A stretch of DNA of 64,000 bases, taken from assembly GCA_038087875.1 (NCBI GenBank), contig CM075994.1, forward strand, positions 5,210,001 through 5,274,000, in the 5' to 3' direction. This DNA is from Malacoraja senta (Eukaryota). The notes under the pieces are model-generated. The model made no database searches. It was given only the letters and a program-made list of their open reading frames with translations, and was not told the origin of the DNA. Position numbers and translations under genes: made by a program. Positions 26,617 to 40,590 of the stretch are shown piece after piece; position 1 is the first letter of the stretch, and every line of letters begins with the position of its first letter.

Positions 26617-27981
26617 TATTAGTAAATGTGTGTATGCAAGTTTCCCGCTTACCTGCCGCCGCACAATCGTCTTTAAATATTTTGGTTTCTGCAATAATAC
26701 GAAGAATGCGAAAATGTAATCTTAAGGACACTGTATCATGGAATGCAAGAAGTCATAATAAGATGTGGAGTCGGCACGTGGCGCAGCTGTACAGCGCTAC
26801 AACGTTAGTGACCCAAGTTCGATCCTGACTACGAGTTGTGTCTGTGCAGGTTTTGTACGTTCTCTCACTAAAACATTGGACAGCGTGGCCCCAAAAAAGA
26901 CGAAGAAAATGTAAGCGTGTCAAATCTGGCAGTTACATTCGCCCTTAAAATAGCGGGGAAAGTAAGAGAGCGCAGGTATTTGGACTGTTGAGAGCCATTC
27001 AGTAAAAGAGCTTAAGATTGTAAACATTCTTCCAGCGAAGGAAAATGTATTGCAATTAACATGGAGCGCGACTCATCTCATTATGTACCAAATTATAACC
27101 AACTAGACGTGTAATGACCAATTGCTTGGAAGAGGCAGATTCTATTATTTGTATCTGCTGCATCAAAATAAAGATAATTTATTTTTCCGACTCTCTGCTG
27201 CCAAATCGCCCTTCAGTTTTTTGATTTCTGGGAATAGAGAACTTAAGTATTTTACATTAATTTGAGTGCAATGTTTTCTCGTCAAGGGATCAATAGATGT
27301 CATGCAGACGCATTCATTGAGGTGCCGCGTTTTTGCCGGTATCCACTTGAACCTGTGGATGGCAGATTTCAGCATTGATGTACCAGGCAATCGTATTTTG
27401 ACGCTTATGCTGATAGCATTTCTTTCGGTGCAATACATTTTAAAGGTTTAAATGCTACATACGATTTTATCTTTCCTGATTATAATGAATCAAAACGCAT
27501 TTAACGATGGTCCACAAGGACGATGTGCAAATCTAATTTGATGTTCTCACACTTAATTTTCACTGACTTTGAAACCGGGAATATTATCTCAGATGCCGTT
27601 GACTCATCTACCATCATGATAATGGTCCATCAGCCGCAAAAAAAGCAAAAACGTCCTCTGTCTCGCAGCATCCGTTTTGCCCATCTATCTGCATCAAGCG
27701 TGCTTTTTAAAAAAATTTTACGTCTCAATCGATCCATTGATTCCTCTATCTACCATTGATTTCTGCTGCTACTAAAGTAAATTTAGGCAAGTCATAGAGT
27801 CATAGTCATAAATTGATACGGTGTGGAAATAGGCTCTTCAGCCCAATTTATCAAAACCGGACAAACATGTGGCAGTTACACTACTGCCACCTGCCCGCGT
27901 TTGGTCCAATCCCTCCAAACATGTCCTATCCAAGCACCTGCCTAACTGTTTCTTAAATGATGGGATAGTCCCAGCCTCATA

Positions 27982-29540
27982 CAGTGCATTCAGAAAGTAT
28001 TCAGACCCCTTCACCGTTTCCACAGTTTGTTACGTTCAGCCTTAATCTACAATGGGTTCAATTATGTTTTTTACCATCAATCTACACACAACATCTCATA
28101 ATAAAAAAGCGAAAACAGGTGTTTACAACTTTTTGCAAAGTAATTAAAAAATAAATAACTGAAATATCACGTTTCCATAAGTATTCATACTCTTTGCTAT
28201 GACACTCAAATTTGAGCTTCCGTGCATCCCGTTTCCATATATTATGCTTGAGATGTTTCTAAAACTCGGAGTCCACAAGTGGTAAATTAAATTGATTGCA
28301 CATGATTTGGAAAGGTACACAACTATCGTTATAAGGTCCCGCTGTTGACAGTGCATGTCAGAGGAAACCCAAGCCACGAGGATGAAGGAATTGTCCGTAG
28401 ACCTCGAGACAGGTTTGTTTCGAGACACTGATCTGGGAAAGGATAAAAAAAACAATGTCTACATCATTGCAGATCGCGAGGAGCACAGTGGCCTCCATCA
28501 TTCTTCAAAAGAAGATATTTGAGAAGCGGAGGACTCGTCATAGAGCTGGACGCACGTACAAACTGAGCAATCGGTAGAGAAAAACCTTGGTCATGGTGGT
28601 ACTCAAGCAGACGCTCGTCACACTTGCAGAGGTCCAGAGTTCCAGAGAGGAGATGGGCGAACCTTCTAGAAGGACAACTATATCTGTAGCACTCCACCAA
28701 TCAGACCTTTATGGTAGAATGGCCAAATGGAAGACACTCCTCATTAATGGCACATGACAGCTCGCTTGGAATTTGTGAAAAAGGCAACTTAACAAGATTC
28801 TCTTGTCTGATGAAACCAAGATGGAACACTGGCCTGAATGTCAAGTGTCATATGTGGAGGAAACCAGACAGCGCTCATCACCTGGCCAATACCATGCTTA
28901 CCATGAAGCATGGTGGTGGGAGCATCATGCTGTGGGCATGTTTTGTCAGCGGCAGGAACTGGGAGACTATTTAGCATCAAGGGAAAATAAACGGAGCAAT
29001 GTACAGATAAATATTTGATGCTGAGAAGAGTTCAGGAACTCAGACTGGGGCAGAGGTTCACCTTCCAACAGGATAAATAACCTAAGCACACAGTCAATCC
29101 AACGCTGTAGTGGCTTCGTGAGAAGTCTGTGAACGTCCTTGAGTGGCCCAGCCAGAGCCCGGAGTTGAACCCAATCAAACATCTCTGGAGCGACCTGAAA
29201 AAACGCTGTGCAACGACGCTCCCCATCCCACCTGACAGAGCTTGAGAGGATCTGCAACGAAGTATGGGAGAAATTACCCAAATACATGTGTGCCAATTTT
29301 GTGGCGTCATACCCAAGAAGTAATGGGTCACTGAGTAATGGGTCTGAATACTTATGTACATCTGATATTTCAGGGATTATTTGTTTTTACTTTGCAAAAA
29401 ATTCCAAACACATGTTTTCGCTTTTTTTATTATGGGGTATTGTGTTTGGATTGATGATTTAATTTTTTTTTTTTAGAATAAGGCTAACGTAACAAAATGT
29501 GGAACAAGTGAAGGGGGCTGAATACTTTCTGAATGCACTG
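27982..29540 (+). mobile_element. Tc1-like transposon, duplicated copy
   Basis: CAGTGCATTC...GAATGCACTG termini, TA flanks, same insertion site as copy 1. Confidence 0.95.
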
Positions 29541-29771
29541 TACCCCTCTGGCAGCTTGTTACATACAACCACAACCATTGGCTGAAAAAGTTACCCCTCA
29601 GATGTCCTTGGAAATATTTTCCCCTTCACCTTAAACCTTTGTGTTCTGACCCTCGATTATCCTACACTGGGTAAGAGACACTGTGCATCACCCGCTGTGT
29701 TCCTCTCGAAATATTTACAGTTGCTGCTGCCCATTATTCTACCAATCAACGGTTTCACGATGAACATAAAA

Positions 29772-30820
29772 CAATAGACAATAGATGCAGGAGTAGGCCA
29801 TTCGGCCCTTCGAGCAAGCATCGCCATTCAATATGGTCATCGCTGATCATCCGCAATCAGCACCCCGTTCCTGCCTTCTCCCCATATCCCCTGACTCCAC
29901 TATTTTAAGAGCCCTATCTAGCTATCTCTTGAAAGCATCCAGAGAACATGCCTCCACCGCCCTCTGAGGCAAAGAATTCCACAGACTCACCACTCTCTGT
30001 GAGAAAATGTGTTTCCTCGTCTCCGTTCTAAATGGCTTACTCCTTATTCTTAAATTGTGGCACCTGGTTTTGGACACCCCAACATCAACAACATGTTTCC
30101 TGCCCCTAGCGTGTCCAAACCCTTAACAATCTTATATGTTTCAATGAGATACCCTCTCATCCTTCTAAACTCCAGAGTGTACAAGCCCTGCTGCTGCATT
30201 CTCTCAGCATATGACAGTCCCGTCACCCCGGGAAGTAGCCTTGTAAACCTACGCTGCACACCCTCAATAGCAAGAATATCCTTCCTCAAATTAGGGGACC
30301 AAAACAGCACACAATACACCATGTGTGGTCTCACTAGGACTCTGTACAACTGCAGAAGGAACTCTATGCTCCTATATTCGATGCCTCTTGTTAGAAAGGT
30401 CAACATGCCATTCGATTTCTTCACTGTCTGCTGTACCTTCATGTTTACTTTCAGAGACTGATGACCAAGGACCCCCAGATCGTTATACTTTCCTTTTCCC
30501 AACGTTACGCCATTTAGATAGTAATCTGCCTTCCTGTTTTTCCTACCAAATAAATAACCTCACATTTATCCGCATTAAACTTCAACTGCCATGCATCTGC
30601 CCACTCCCCCAACCTGTCCAATTCACCCTGCCTTCTCATATCACCCCTCACAGTTCACACTGCCACCCAGCTTTGTGTCATCTGCAAATTTGCTAATGTT
30701 ACTTTGAATCCCTTCATCCAAATGATTGATGTATATTGTAAACAGCTGCGGTCCCAGCACCGAGCTTTGCGGTACGGCACTATTCACTGCCTGTCATTCT
30801 GAAAGGTACCCGATAATCCC
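29772..30820 (-). mobile_element. CR1 fragment, duplicated copy
   Basis: ORF 30050..30502(-); same ends as 22457-23520. Confidence 0.9.
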
Positions 30821-32108
30821 AGATGGTTAAAACAGATGGTAGCTCAAGAGCTGCCTGCGTTTGAAAAGCCAGTGTAAGGACTGGATTAGCATCTCTGTCG
30901 GGAGCGAAGGAACAGGCCTTGAATTTTGTACAGGAAGGAATGCAGATGCCGGATAAAAACAAAAAAATAGACACAAAATTCTGGAGTAACGGCGGGACAT
31001 GCAGCATCTCTGGAGAGAAGGAATGGGTGTCGTTTTGGAACAAGACGCTGCTTCAGACCCTGGATTTCACGAGACAATCGAATTCGCAAAAAACACATAC
31101 GGACGTGGAAATAGCATTACATATTCGGTTGGGCAGTGAACATTGTTTCCCTTCATTCGGCATTGTTTTAGGCGATTATTTCACCATTCGGCGAAGTGTG
31201 ACTTAGATGCTTTCTTGACTCGGCTTATTCTTCCTGTCCTTCTTATGGTGGAATTCTTCATGGAGCGAGCGCACACGTGCTGGGGAGGAGTCCCGTATTT
31301 ACGGCACGGTTGCGTAGCCGTAGATTTACTGCCTCACAGCGCTTGTACCGCCAGAGACCAGGGTTCTTTCTCGACTACGAGTGCAGTCTGTAGGGATTTC
31401 GTACGTTTTTATCTTGATCGGCGTTGGTTTTCTCCGAAATCTTCGAATTCCTCCCACGAACTAAAGACCTAGTGGCGTGTAGGTTAATTGGCTTGGGTTT
31501 GCATACTTGGTATAAGTATATATTGCCTCTAGTTTGTGTAGGAATTTGTTAATGGACAGTGCGGATTCGGTGTTCCCGAAGGGACAGTTTCCGTGATGTA
31601 ACTTTACTCTAACATAAAAATGCCTCAGGGGTGGAATCTGAAGAAGGGTCTTGACTCGAAACGTCACCCATTCATTCTTTATAGAGATGCTGCCTGTCTC
31701 GCTCAGTTACTCCAGCATTTTGTGTCTACGTTATAAAAAATGCCATCGCTTGCATTTGTAAAAAATAATAATATGACTTGGAATCCGGTATAAAGGGGAA
31801 TCTCAATTAGCACATTAAAATATTGAACCCAGTTTCATTTCCGTTTGTGTGAATATACGAATTTAGATGAGGGAATGGGATTCTTCGCCTCTCAAGTGTG
31901 CGCGACTGTTTAATAATATCATGGTTGTTACGCTTATTCAGTGCAGTGCAAGAGGAACCTGGTCCGCATTAGAACCTTTGATTAGTTCGTTATATTATTT
32001 CTAGATATGTGATTTTATATTTTTTCATGAAAAGTCCCGATGAACCATCGGCAATTTCTTTGCATGCACAAAAAATAACTAAGTGGTTTTCCCTTGTCTG
32101 TTTATTCT

Positions 32109-32372
32109 GTGAAATTATTTTTTATTGGAGGTAGATACATATCATATTAAAATCGATACCAGTCTTACATTTTTAAATTACTAATATCGTCCATTATTAT
32201 TACAATGTCTCCAATACTTTTTTCCTTTTTTTTTATTTTTTATTATTTTTTTTTCTTAATTTTTTCTTTTATTAATTTCAAACTAAATAGAACTAAAAAC
32301 ATATAGGTGAAATAAAGAAAGAAAGAGAAATAAGAGAAGGGAAAAAAAAAAAAAAAAAAAAAACCTAAAAAT
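32109..32372 (-). mobile_element. Isolated L1 3' UTR end
   Basis: Nearly identical to 35297-~35480. Confidence 0.85.
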
Positions 32373-32374
32373 CT

Positions 32375-32997
32375 AAATCATCCACAATCAGTACCCCGTT
32401 CCTGCCTTCTCCCCATATCCCCTGACTCCACTATCTTTAAGAGCTCTATCTAACTCTCTCTTGAAAGCAACCAGAGAACCGGCCTCCACCGCCCTCTGAG
32501 GCAGAGAATTCCACAGACTCACAACTCTCTGTGAGAAAAAGTGTTTCCTCATCTCCTTTCTAAATGGCTTACTCCTTATTCTTAAACTGTGGCCCCTGGT
32601 TCTGGACTCCCCCAACATCGGGAACATGTTTCCTGCCTCTAGCGTGTCCAAGCCCTTAATAATCTTATATGTTTCAATAAGATCCCCTCTAAACTCCAGA
32701 GTATACAACCCCGGCCGCTCCATTCTCTCAGCATATGACAGTCCCGCCATCCCGGGAATTAACCTTGAGAACCTACGCTGCACTCCCTCAATAGCAAGAA
32801 TGTCCTTACTCAAATTTCGAGACCAAAACTGCACACAACACTCCAGGTGTGGTCTCACTAGGGCCCTATACAATCCCTTAAGAATTGTATATGTTTCTAT
32901 AAGATACCCTCTCATCCTTCTGAATTCAAGTGAATACAAGCCCAGTCGACCCATTCTTTCCTCATTTGTCAGTCCCGCCATCCCGGGAATTAACCTG
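32375..32997 (-). mobile_element. CR1 3' fragment with internal duplication
   Basis: ORF 32388..32981(-) contains the AGL..ERM.R.GLY.LEFR segment twice. Confidence 0.88.
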
Positions 32998-33082
32998 CTT
33001 TTATCTCAGAATTCCGGAATGTGCGAGGTTTTGGGGGGGGGGGGTTTGTTCAGAACAACAAAGGAATGGAGATAATTGTAAA

Positions 33083-35286
33083 TTTTACTTCGGAGTCACG
33101 TGAGTGACTACGTGAAGAGCCCGTCCAGCACGCATGCGCGACATTAGCGTTCGCGCAGTGCAACAGCGACGACCGGGAGTACAGGCGCTCCCGCTACACG
33201 TCGGTGGAAAATAAACAGCGGACCATCAGGTAAGTCTTACTCTGAGGTCGTAATCAGCAAGCTGTGCTCTGCTCTGTATTCCAGGGGAACTGGGAAAATG
33301 AGCAGCACGGCAAAGAAGAAAACCGCCCCCCGTTCGACTCCAACAGAACGGGAGTGTTCCATCAGTGGGGGGCGAGAGGCGGCACCTGGACCGCACATGC
33401 TGCGGTCCACAATCATCGAGACCGAGCCGAGCCCAGTACCGCTAGCGGAGCCTGACCAACAGCAGCGGGCTGGAGGCAAATCAAGGCAAAACATACCGGC
33501 CGGTTATGTCTCACTCCGATGAGGAGGCTCTCCGCCTTAGAGCGGCAGAGCTTGCTGCCTGAGCCGCATGGAAAGGCTCATGGAGCAAATGGTCCAGCGC
33601 GACTTGCTTCGGGAGCTGGAGCAGTCTCGCCAAGGGAACTCAGGCACTCCCACATCAGTGCTCTACAATGCACTGGCCATCGCTTTCCCCTCAAAGCAGG
33701 GCAGCGTTGGCGACCAGGGCTGGGCTGGTCAGGTCAGGAACAGGGGTCATTGGCTGAAGATATCGGGAGTTTGCTTGGGGTACAGGATCAGGAAGAGCTG
33801 CTGGGTGTGGAGATTCGCTACGTGGTTACACCACGAGCAGGGCGGCCGTTGCAGCCAAAACTGGCGGCCAGCATTAACCACCTGTCCCTCAAACCCCTAC
33901 AAGACAGGTACTTAATGAGGCACTAGAGCTGGAAAACTGCAGTTCGCTCAATGTACCGGCTGTTAACAGCCAAATCTGGGGGGGGGGGTATGTGGGACAG
34001 TGTATCCGGAACCAGGAGCTAAAATCCTCAAGCTCCTGACGACAGGGATAACAGCCTATGCTCGTTCCGTGGATGGGGTGGATATGACCACCAACCAGCA
34101 AGACACTCTGGCTCTGCTGTGCAACACCCAATATGAGATAAACATCCTGCGCAAGGAGAGAAGAAGACCTGCCCTCAATCCCAGGTTTGCAGGACAGTGT
34201 AAAACACCGGGCTCAGAGCCGCAGATCCTGTCATTTGGAAGGGCAAGTGAAAGACCTGGAGGAGAGTCCAAATCATTTGGCCTCATGAGGAACGAGCAGA
34301 CCCACACAAAAAACAGACGGCAGTACCCCACCGCGTCCACCAGTCGAGGTCAAATTTATGGAACTGGTGAAAGCTCGGGGTCCGCATATTATCCCCGAAA
34401 GCCTTTTTAGGCCAGGGCCCAGGGCGGACCCCATGGAAAATGCGACACCCCCAATCAACGATGCATCCAGCAGTACTACGACGGATGAACAAACGGAAGA
34501 AGGAACACTACCATAACTATGGAGGTAGGTGGGTCTGGTTCCTACCAGCGTGTAAAAATGGGGGAACTGTACTAACGGGGGGGGGGAGATTACACCTGTT
34601 CATTGAAGCATGGAGGTGTCTCACGAATGATAGTTATATACTTAACAGTATTCGTGGATACAAAATAGAGTTCATTCAAGAAAATATGCCACCAGTTCAG
34701 CATGTACCTCAAAAGGTCTGTACCCTCTCAGTCAAAGAGAACTAGAGGCTCAAGCAGAACTGGTGAGGGTACTTACAAAGGATGTCATTGAGAAATCCAA
34801 ACATGAACCTTTGGAATTTGTCTCAAATATATTTACCAAAAGCAAAAAAGATGGTGGATGTCGCATCATCATTGACTTAACTTCACTAAATACCTTTGTT
34901 AAGTATGTACATTTCAAAATGGAAACATTTGTAACCGCTAAACAACTGATTTCCAAAGGATACTTTATGGCAAGCATTGATTTAAAAGATGCCTACTATT
35001 CAGTACCCATTCACAAGGGTCATCGCAGATACCTGAAATTTACCTGGATGGGGCAACTATGGCAGTATAAAGTGTTGCCTAATGGGTTGACATCAGCCCT
35101 AGACTACTTACCAAGATATTAAAACCAGCCTTGGCAACATTAACGAAACAAAGACATATTGTCATGGCGTAGCTTGATGATATCCTAATAGTAGGCAAAA
35201 CCATGGAGTTGGCTAAATCAGCTGTATTAGCTACCAAACAATTGTTTGAAACCCTGGGTTTTGTCATACATCCAGTTAAATCTAAG
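33083..35286 (+). mobile_element. DIRS1-like tyrosine-recombinase retrotransposon, 5' half (left ITR, gag, RT), 3'-truncated
   Basis: Left end TTTTACTTCGGAGTCACGTGAGTGACTACGTGAAG matches 51210. RT motifs YFMASIDLKDAYYSVPIH (ORF 34763..35122) and MA*LDDILIVG. Confidence 0.9.
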
Positions 35287-35682
35287 TTTTTTTTTTGTGA
35301 AATTATTTTTATTATTGGAGGTAGATACATATCATATTAAAATCGATACCAGTCTTACATTTTTAAATTACTAATATCGTCCATTATTATTACAATGTCT
35401 CCAATACTTTTTTTTAATTAAAAAAAAACTAAATAGAACTAAAAAGATATAGATGAAATAAAGAAAGAAAGAGAAAAAAGAGAAGAAACAAAAAAAAACC
35501 TAAACCCCCCCCAAAAACAAAACAAAAACAAAAACAAAAACAAAAAAAAACACAACAAAAAAACAACAACAAAAAAAAGATAATAAAGAAGAATGGAATA
35601 ATTTACTACGATAAAAAACTTCATTCGAGATATATTCGTACATTTCAGAGTATAACTTTTCATCTATTCCTTGGCACGGGTG

Positions 35683-38520
35683 CTAGTCAGGTTCTTGTGC
35701 TGAACCATTCTGACCCTTTAAATAGTCAATAAAGGGAGACCATGTTCCAACGAATAGTTCCTGTTTGTCCAACAGGACAAGTCTAATTCTTTCCAAGTGT
35801 AAGGTCTCCGTCATTTCTATAATCCACATTTTAATTGTGGAGGTTATAGGGCCTTTCCAAAATTTTTGAATTAATTTTTTCCCAGTTATTATACTATAAT
35901 CAATAAAGTTTCTTTGAGTTGTTGTAAATGTTTGATTTAGTTCTAATGTTCCAAGTATTATCAATTTTGGATCCGGGTTCAATTGTGTGCTGGTCACATC
36001 AGACATTATTGTGAAAATATTTACCCAGAAATTTTAAATTTTTATGCAATTTGCAAACATATGAGATAAGTTAGCTTCTAAATGTTGACATTTATCACAT
36101 ATTGGTGAGATATGTGGGAAGATTTTATTTAATTTTAATTATGTAGTTTATTCAGTAATGGGGGAAAGTTTGCTTTAAATAATGATGTATATATCTTAGT
36201 AACATAAATGCCTAGGTATTAAAAATTTTCATTTACTATTTTAAATGGAAATTGTTGTATTATATGTTTCTTATGTTCCCTTATTGGCATAATTTCACTT
36301 TTATTCCAATTTATTCTGTATCCTGAGAGTGAACCAAATTGGGTTATTAGCTTTAATAAATTTGGAATACTAATTTCTAGTTTTGTAATGTAAATTAATA
36401 CATCATCTGCGTATAAAGAAATTTTATTCACTGTATCCTTTGTGTTATACCGATATATTTCCGGATGGGTCCTGACTCTTTCTGCGAGTGGCTCTATAAC
36501 AAGCGCAAATAATAATGGGGACAACGGGCATCCTTGTCTACAACCTCTAGATAGGTTAAATTTAGATGATAACCTTTGTTTTGTTAATAGTCTAGCCGTA
36601 TATAACAGTTTTATCCATGCACAAAATTTCTCGCCCAGCTGCAATGTTTCCATTACCGAAAATAAATAGGGCCATGATCAAAAGCTTTTTCAGCATCCAG
36701 TGAGATTATTGCTAGATCTTCATTAATATTTCTCTATGAATATATTATATTAAATAATCTTCTTAGATTGTAATATGAATACCGCTTCTGAATAAAACCT
36801 GTTTGGTCAGGGTGTATTAGTTTATTCATCACTGTACTCAATCTGTGCGCTAAAATATTTGTTAGTATTTTCTGATCTGTATTTAAAAGTGCAATTGGTC
36901 TATATGATCCTGGATCTTCCGGATCCTTATCAGCTTTAGGAATAAGTGTTATTATAGATTCATTTAAGGTATCTGGAAGTTTCTGTTCAGTATAAATATG
37001 TTCATACAGCATTTGTAAACGTGGAGAAAGCAAATCATAATTTTTTTAATAGAATTCAGAGCCTAAACCATCTGGTCCTACTGCTTTACCATTTTTTAAA
37101 GATCCAATAGACTCTTCAATATCTTTTATCGTAATCTCCGCTTCTAATAATTCTCTATCTTTTGCATCTAAACCTTTTAAATTACATGTTTGTAATAAAT
37201 CTGCTATTCCTTCTGGTTGTACTACAGTTTTAGTTGAGTAAAGATTATGATAGTATTGGAGAAATCTCTCGTTTATATCCTTGGGCAATTTTAATAATTC
37301 TCCTGTATCTGCTCTAATTTTATGAATTATTTTCCCCCCTCCATTTTTCGTAGCTAAAGTGCTAATAGTTTTTGTGGTTTGTCTCCAAACTCAAAATGTA
37401 ATTGTTTAGTATGTTGATAAAGTTTTATTACTTGTTCTGAATACATTTTGTTTAGTTTATATTTCAGTACAGCAATTTTGTTATGTTTTAACGTAGATGG
37501 CATTCTCGCATTTTCTATATCTAGTTGCTTTATTTCCCTTTCCAGTGTTTGTTGTTTAATCCGGTTCTCTTTGTTATAAAATACTTGGGCAGAAATTAAT
37601 GCGCCTCGGACAAACGCTTTAAATGTTTCCCAAATAAGAGAGACAGATGTGTCAGGGATGTCATTTGCCTCGAAAAATGTTTGCATCTGTTTAATAAGAT
37701 ATTCCTGACATGATCTTTCATTCAATATTTGTGGGTTAAATCTCCAATATGTTTGTTTCTCGGACATTCCATTTAATTTAATCATAAATGTTACCGGTGC
37801 GTGGTCTGAGATTATAATATTATGGTATTTTGAGTTATAAGTAAATGGGATAAACGTGGAGTCGACTAAAAAATAATCTATTCTTGAGTATGTTTTATGT
37901 ACCGGTGAGTAAAATGAGTATTCCCGTCCAGTTGGGTTTTCAATTCTCCAGACATCCTTAATATTAGTGGTATTAATAAATGAATTTAAAAATACACTTG
38001 ATTGAGATTTTACTTTTTTTTGCCTTGATGATCTATCTAAATAAGTGTCTAATGTACAATTGAAATCTCCTCCAATTATTAATTTATATTGTGTAAATTC
38101 TGGGATTATATTAAATGTTTTATTAAAAAACATAGGATTATCAAAATTAGGTCCATATACATTAAGAAGAATCACTTTTATCCCATTTAACTCTCCAACT
38201 AATATAATATATCTACCATCTATATCCGCTATTGTTGATGAATGTGTAAAAGGTATCCCTTTACGAATTAATATTGCAACTCCTCTGGACTTGTTTGAAA
38301 AAGAGGCATGATACGATTCAGCAATCCACTTAGCTTTAAGTCTATATTGTGATTCCTTTTTAAGGTGTGTTTCTTGGAGGAATATTATATCTGTCTTGAG
38401 TGAATTGAAATGTGTTAAAACTTTACCTCTCTTAATTGGTTCATTAATCCCCTTAACATTCCAACTACAAAACGTTATTCCTTCACCCCCTCTTGTCATA
38501 TTACCATCTTGCATATTGTT
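35683..38520 (-). pseudogene. L1 ORF2 (APE endonuclease plus RT), fragmented
   Basis: SWNVKG, FLQETH, GGDFN, SRIDY, SDHAP; YRPIALLN, GCRQGCPLSP, LYADD, spread over ORFs in different frames. Confidence 0.93.
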
Positions 38521-39544
38521 TCTAGGGTGGTCTATAGCCGAGCAGAAGGTACAACACATAAAACCTGACCTTGTCCCCGAACCTCAGATAGATGAATTTT
38601 AAATAACATACTTCGCTCCTCCGAACACATCTCCTTGAATTAACCTTGTAATTCCATTCAAACTTAAAATTATAACAATAATTAAAGTGAAAAAAGTGAT
38701 ATAGATGATTAGTATAGGGTGAAAGAAAAAAAACGACAACTACAATTAGTGTAGTTAGTGTTAGCCACACTAGCATGGCTAGAATCCTAAAGACTTCCGT
38801 AGCCTTTGTAAAATAAAAAAATCCTAGCTCCGCGCTAAAAAAATTTTTTTTAAAAGATGATATTTCTAAGAATCAAATAACTTCTTTGGGAGTTGCAAAG
38901 TTTTTGTTTTCTTTTCAAAAACCCAAAAAAGGTAAACAACAGTAAAAGTTAACAACGTTATTATTCTCTAAATACCATATTAATATCTTCTTTAAGTATG
39001 TATTTTTAATTTTTAATTGAAAAATAAAGAGGAAAACCATCAACCCTTATTAATACATGGGCTAAATTACCTCTTACTTATATTCCTATGGAATATATGT
39101 ATGTAATCTATTTCTACGTTAACCAGAAACTGTTAGTTATTAATCATTGTTATTATTCATACACGGTAAAATATTTATGAATAATATAGATTTAGTAATT
39201 TTAATAGTAATAATGATATTTAATAAGTATTAGTAGTTACATGTATGGTTAAATATGAAAATACTAAATAATAATAGTGTTTAGTAACAATTGATCATAA
39301 TTGTGATATTATTGTTCTTAGAATTTATACTAAACGCGAAGAATGAATAATAAAAAAATAGAGATATTAGGAGAGATTAAAAAACAAAACAAAAAAAAAA
39401 CCGAGAATGAAAAAAACCCAGGTTTTCCCCAATGTACATTTCAATTTTCAAACGTCCTTAAAGCTCTTAAAAGTACTTTAAAGATCCTTTTAGACCTGGC
39501 GAGGTCCCGTTATTCCTTGGCTCCTGAGGAGTGATGTATATTGT

Positions 39545-40590
39545 TCAGTCTGTGGTCACATTCCCGATACCTTTGGCGAATTCCAGTGCTTTTTCATGGT
39601 CTGTAAAAAATTGCTCCTTGCTCATGTAGGTGACTCTTAATGTTGCGGGATAAAGCAAGCCGTATCTCAAATTCGCTATATTCTTCAGTATACTTTTTGT
39701 CTCAGTAAACAGCGCTCTTTTCTTGAAGACCTCCACCGGGTAGTCTCTGTAGATACTGATCCTCACTCCTTCAAAAGAGAGGTCTCTGGTACGGGCAATT
39801 TTCTTCATTATCTCGTCAAATTCATGATCAAGTTGCACCTTTACTATAATTTGTCTTGGGTAGGCATCATCTCGTGTACGACGCCCCTGCGCTCTATGTG
39901 ATCGACCAAGTACAGGATTTTGATCCAACTTTAAGGCTTTTTGTAGTAGATCTGCCACAAAATCCCGAGTGCCCATATCCCTCTCACTTCCTTCTTTCAC
40001 ACCTACAATTCTTAGGTTCTGGCGTCTTTGACGCCCCTCCAGGTCGATACACTTTCCACTTAATTTAGTCACCATTTCGGAGAGGCGTTGATTTTCGGTA
40101 AGGAGTCGATTTACCGTTTCCGCACTTGTCGCCACACATTTCTCAAGTTCAGTTATCGCTATAATATGTTGCTTCAGTGTCTGAAGGATAGGGTCAATCC
40201 CTCCCTTAAGGCTCGATTCCACCAAAGCGATCCTGCCTTCCACCTCTTCCTTCTGATCTTTGACCTCGTCGTCCCTCGACCCAGTTTTCCAATAATCCTG
40301 AACGGTAGAGAGCATTTCTGCTTTAAAATCTACCTTAAAAGAGTTAAGTTCCTCTTTAAGTTCGTCTTTAAAATTCAGCTTTCCTTCAAAGGTTTTCAGC
40401 TGTGTTTGAATATTTTTTATCTCATTGGAGATAAAGTTTTTAAGTTCTTCCATTTCAGATTTTTTTGCTTTGGTTTCTTCGATGGGTCTTCCTGGAGCAT
40501 CGTTGTACCTGAGGCCGAGGCCTCGGTTGGGCCTACCTCTTCCGTCGGTTGTCTCGCTTTACCGGCTTTTTTTGTCACCCTGGGGGGGTA
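39545..40590 (-). pseudogene. L1 ORF1 protein (coiled coil plus RRM, Transposase_22-like); start codon apparently ATA, frameshift near 40450
   Basis: DLEGRQRRQNLRIVGVKEG, ISIYRDYP and YGLLYPATLRVT motifs. Confidence 0.88.
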
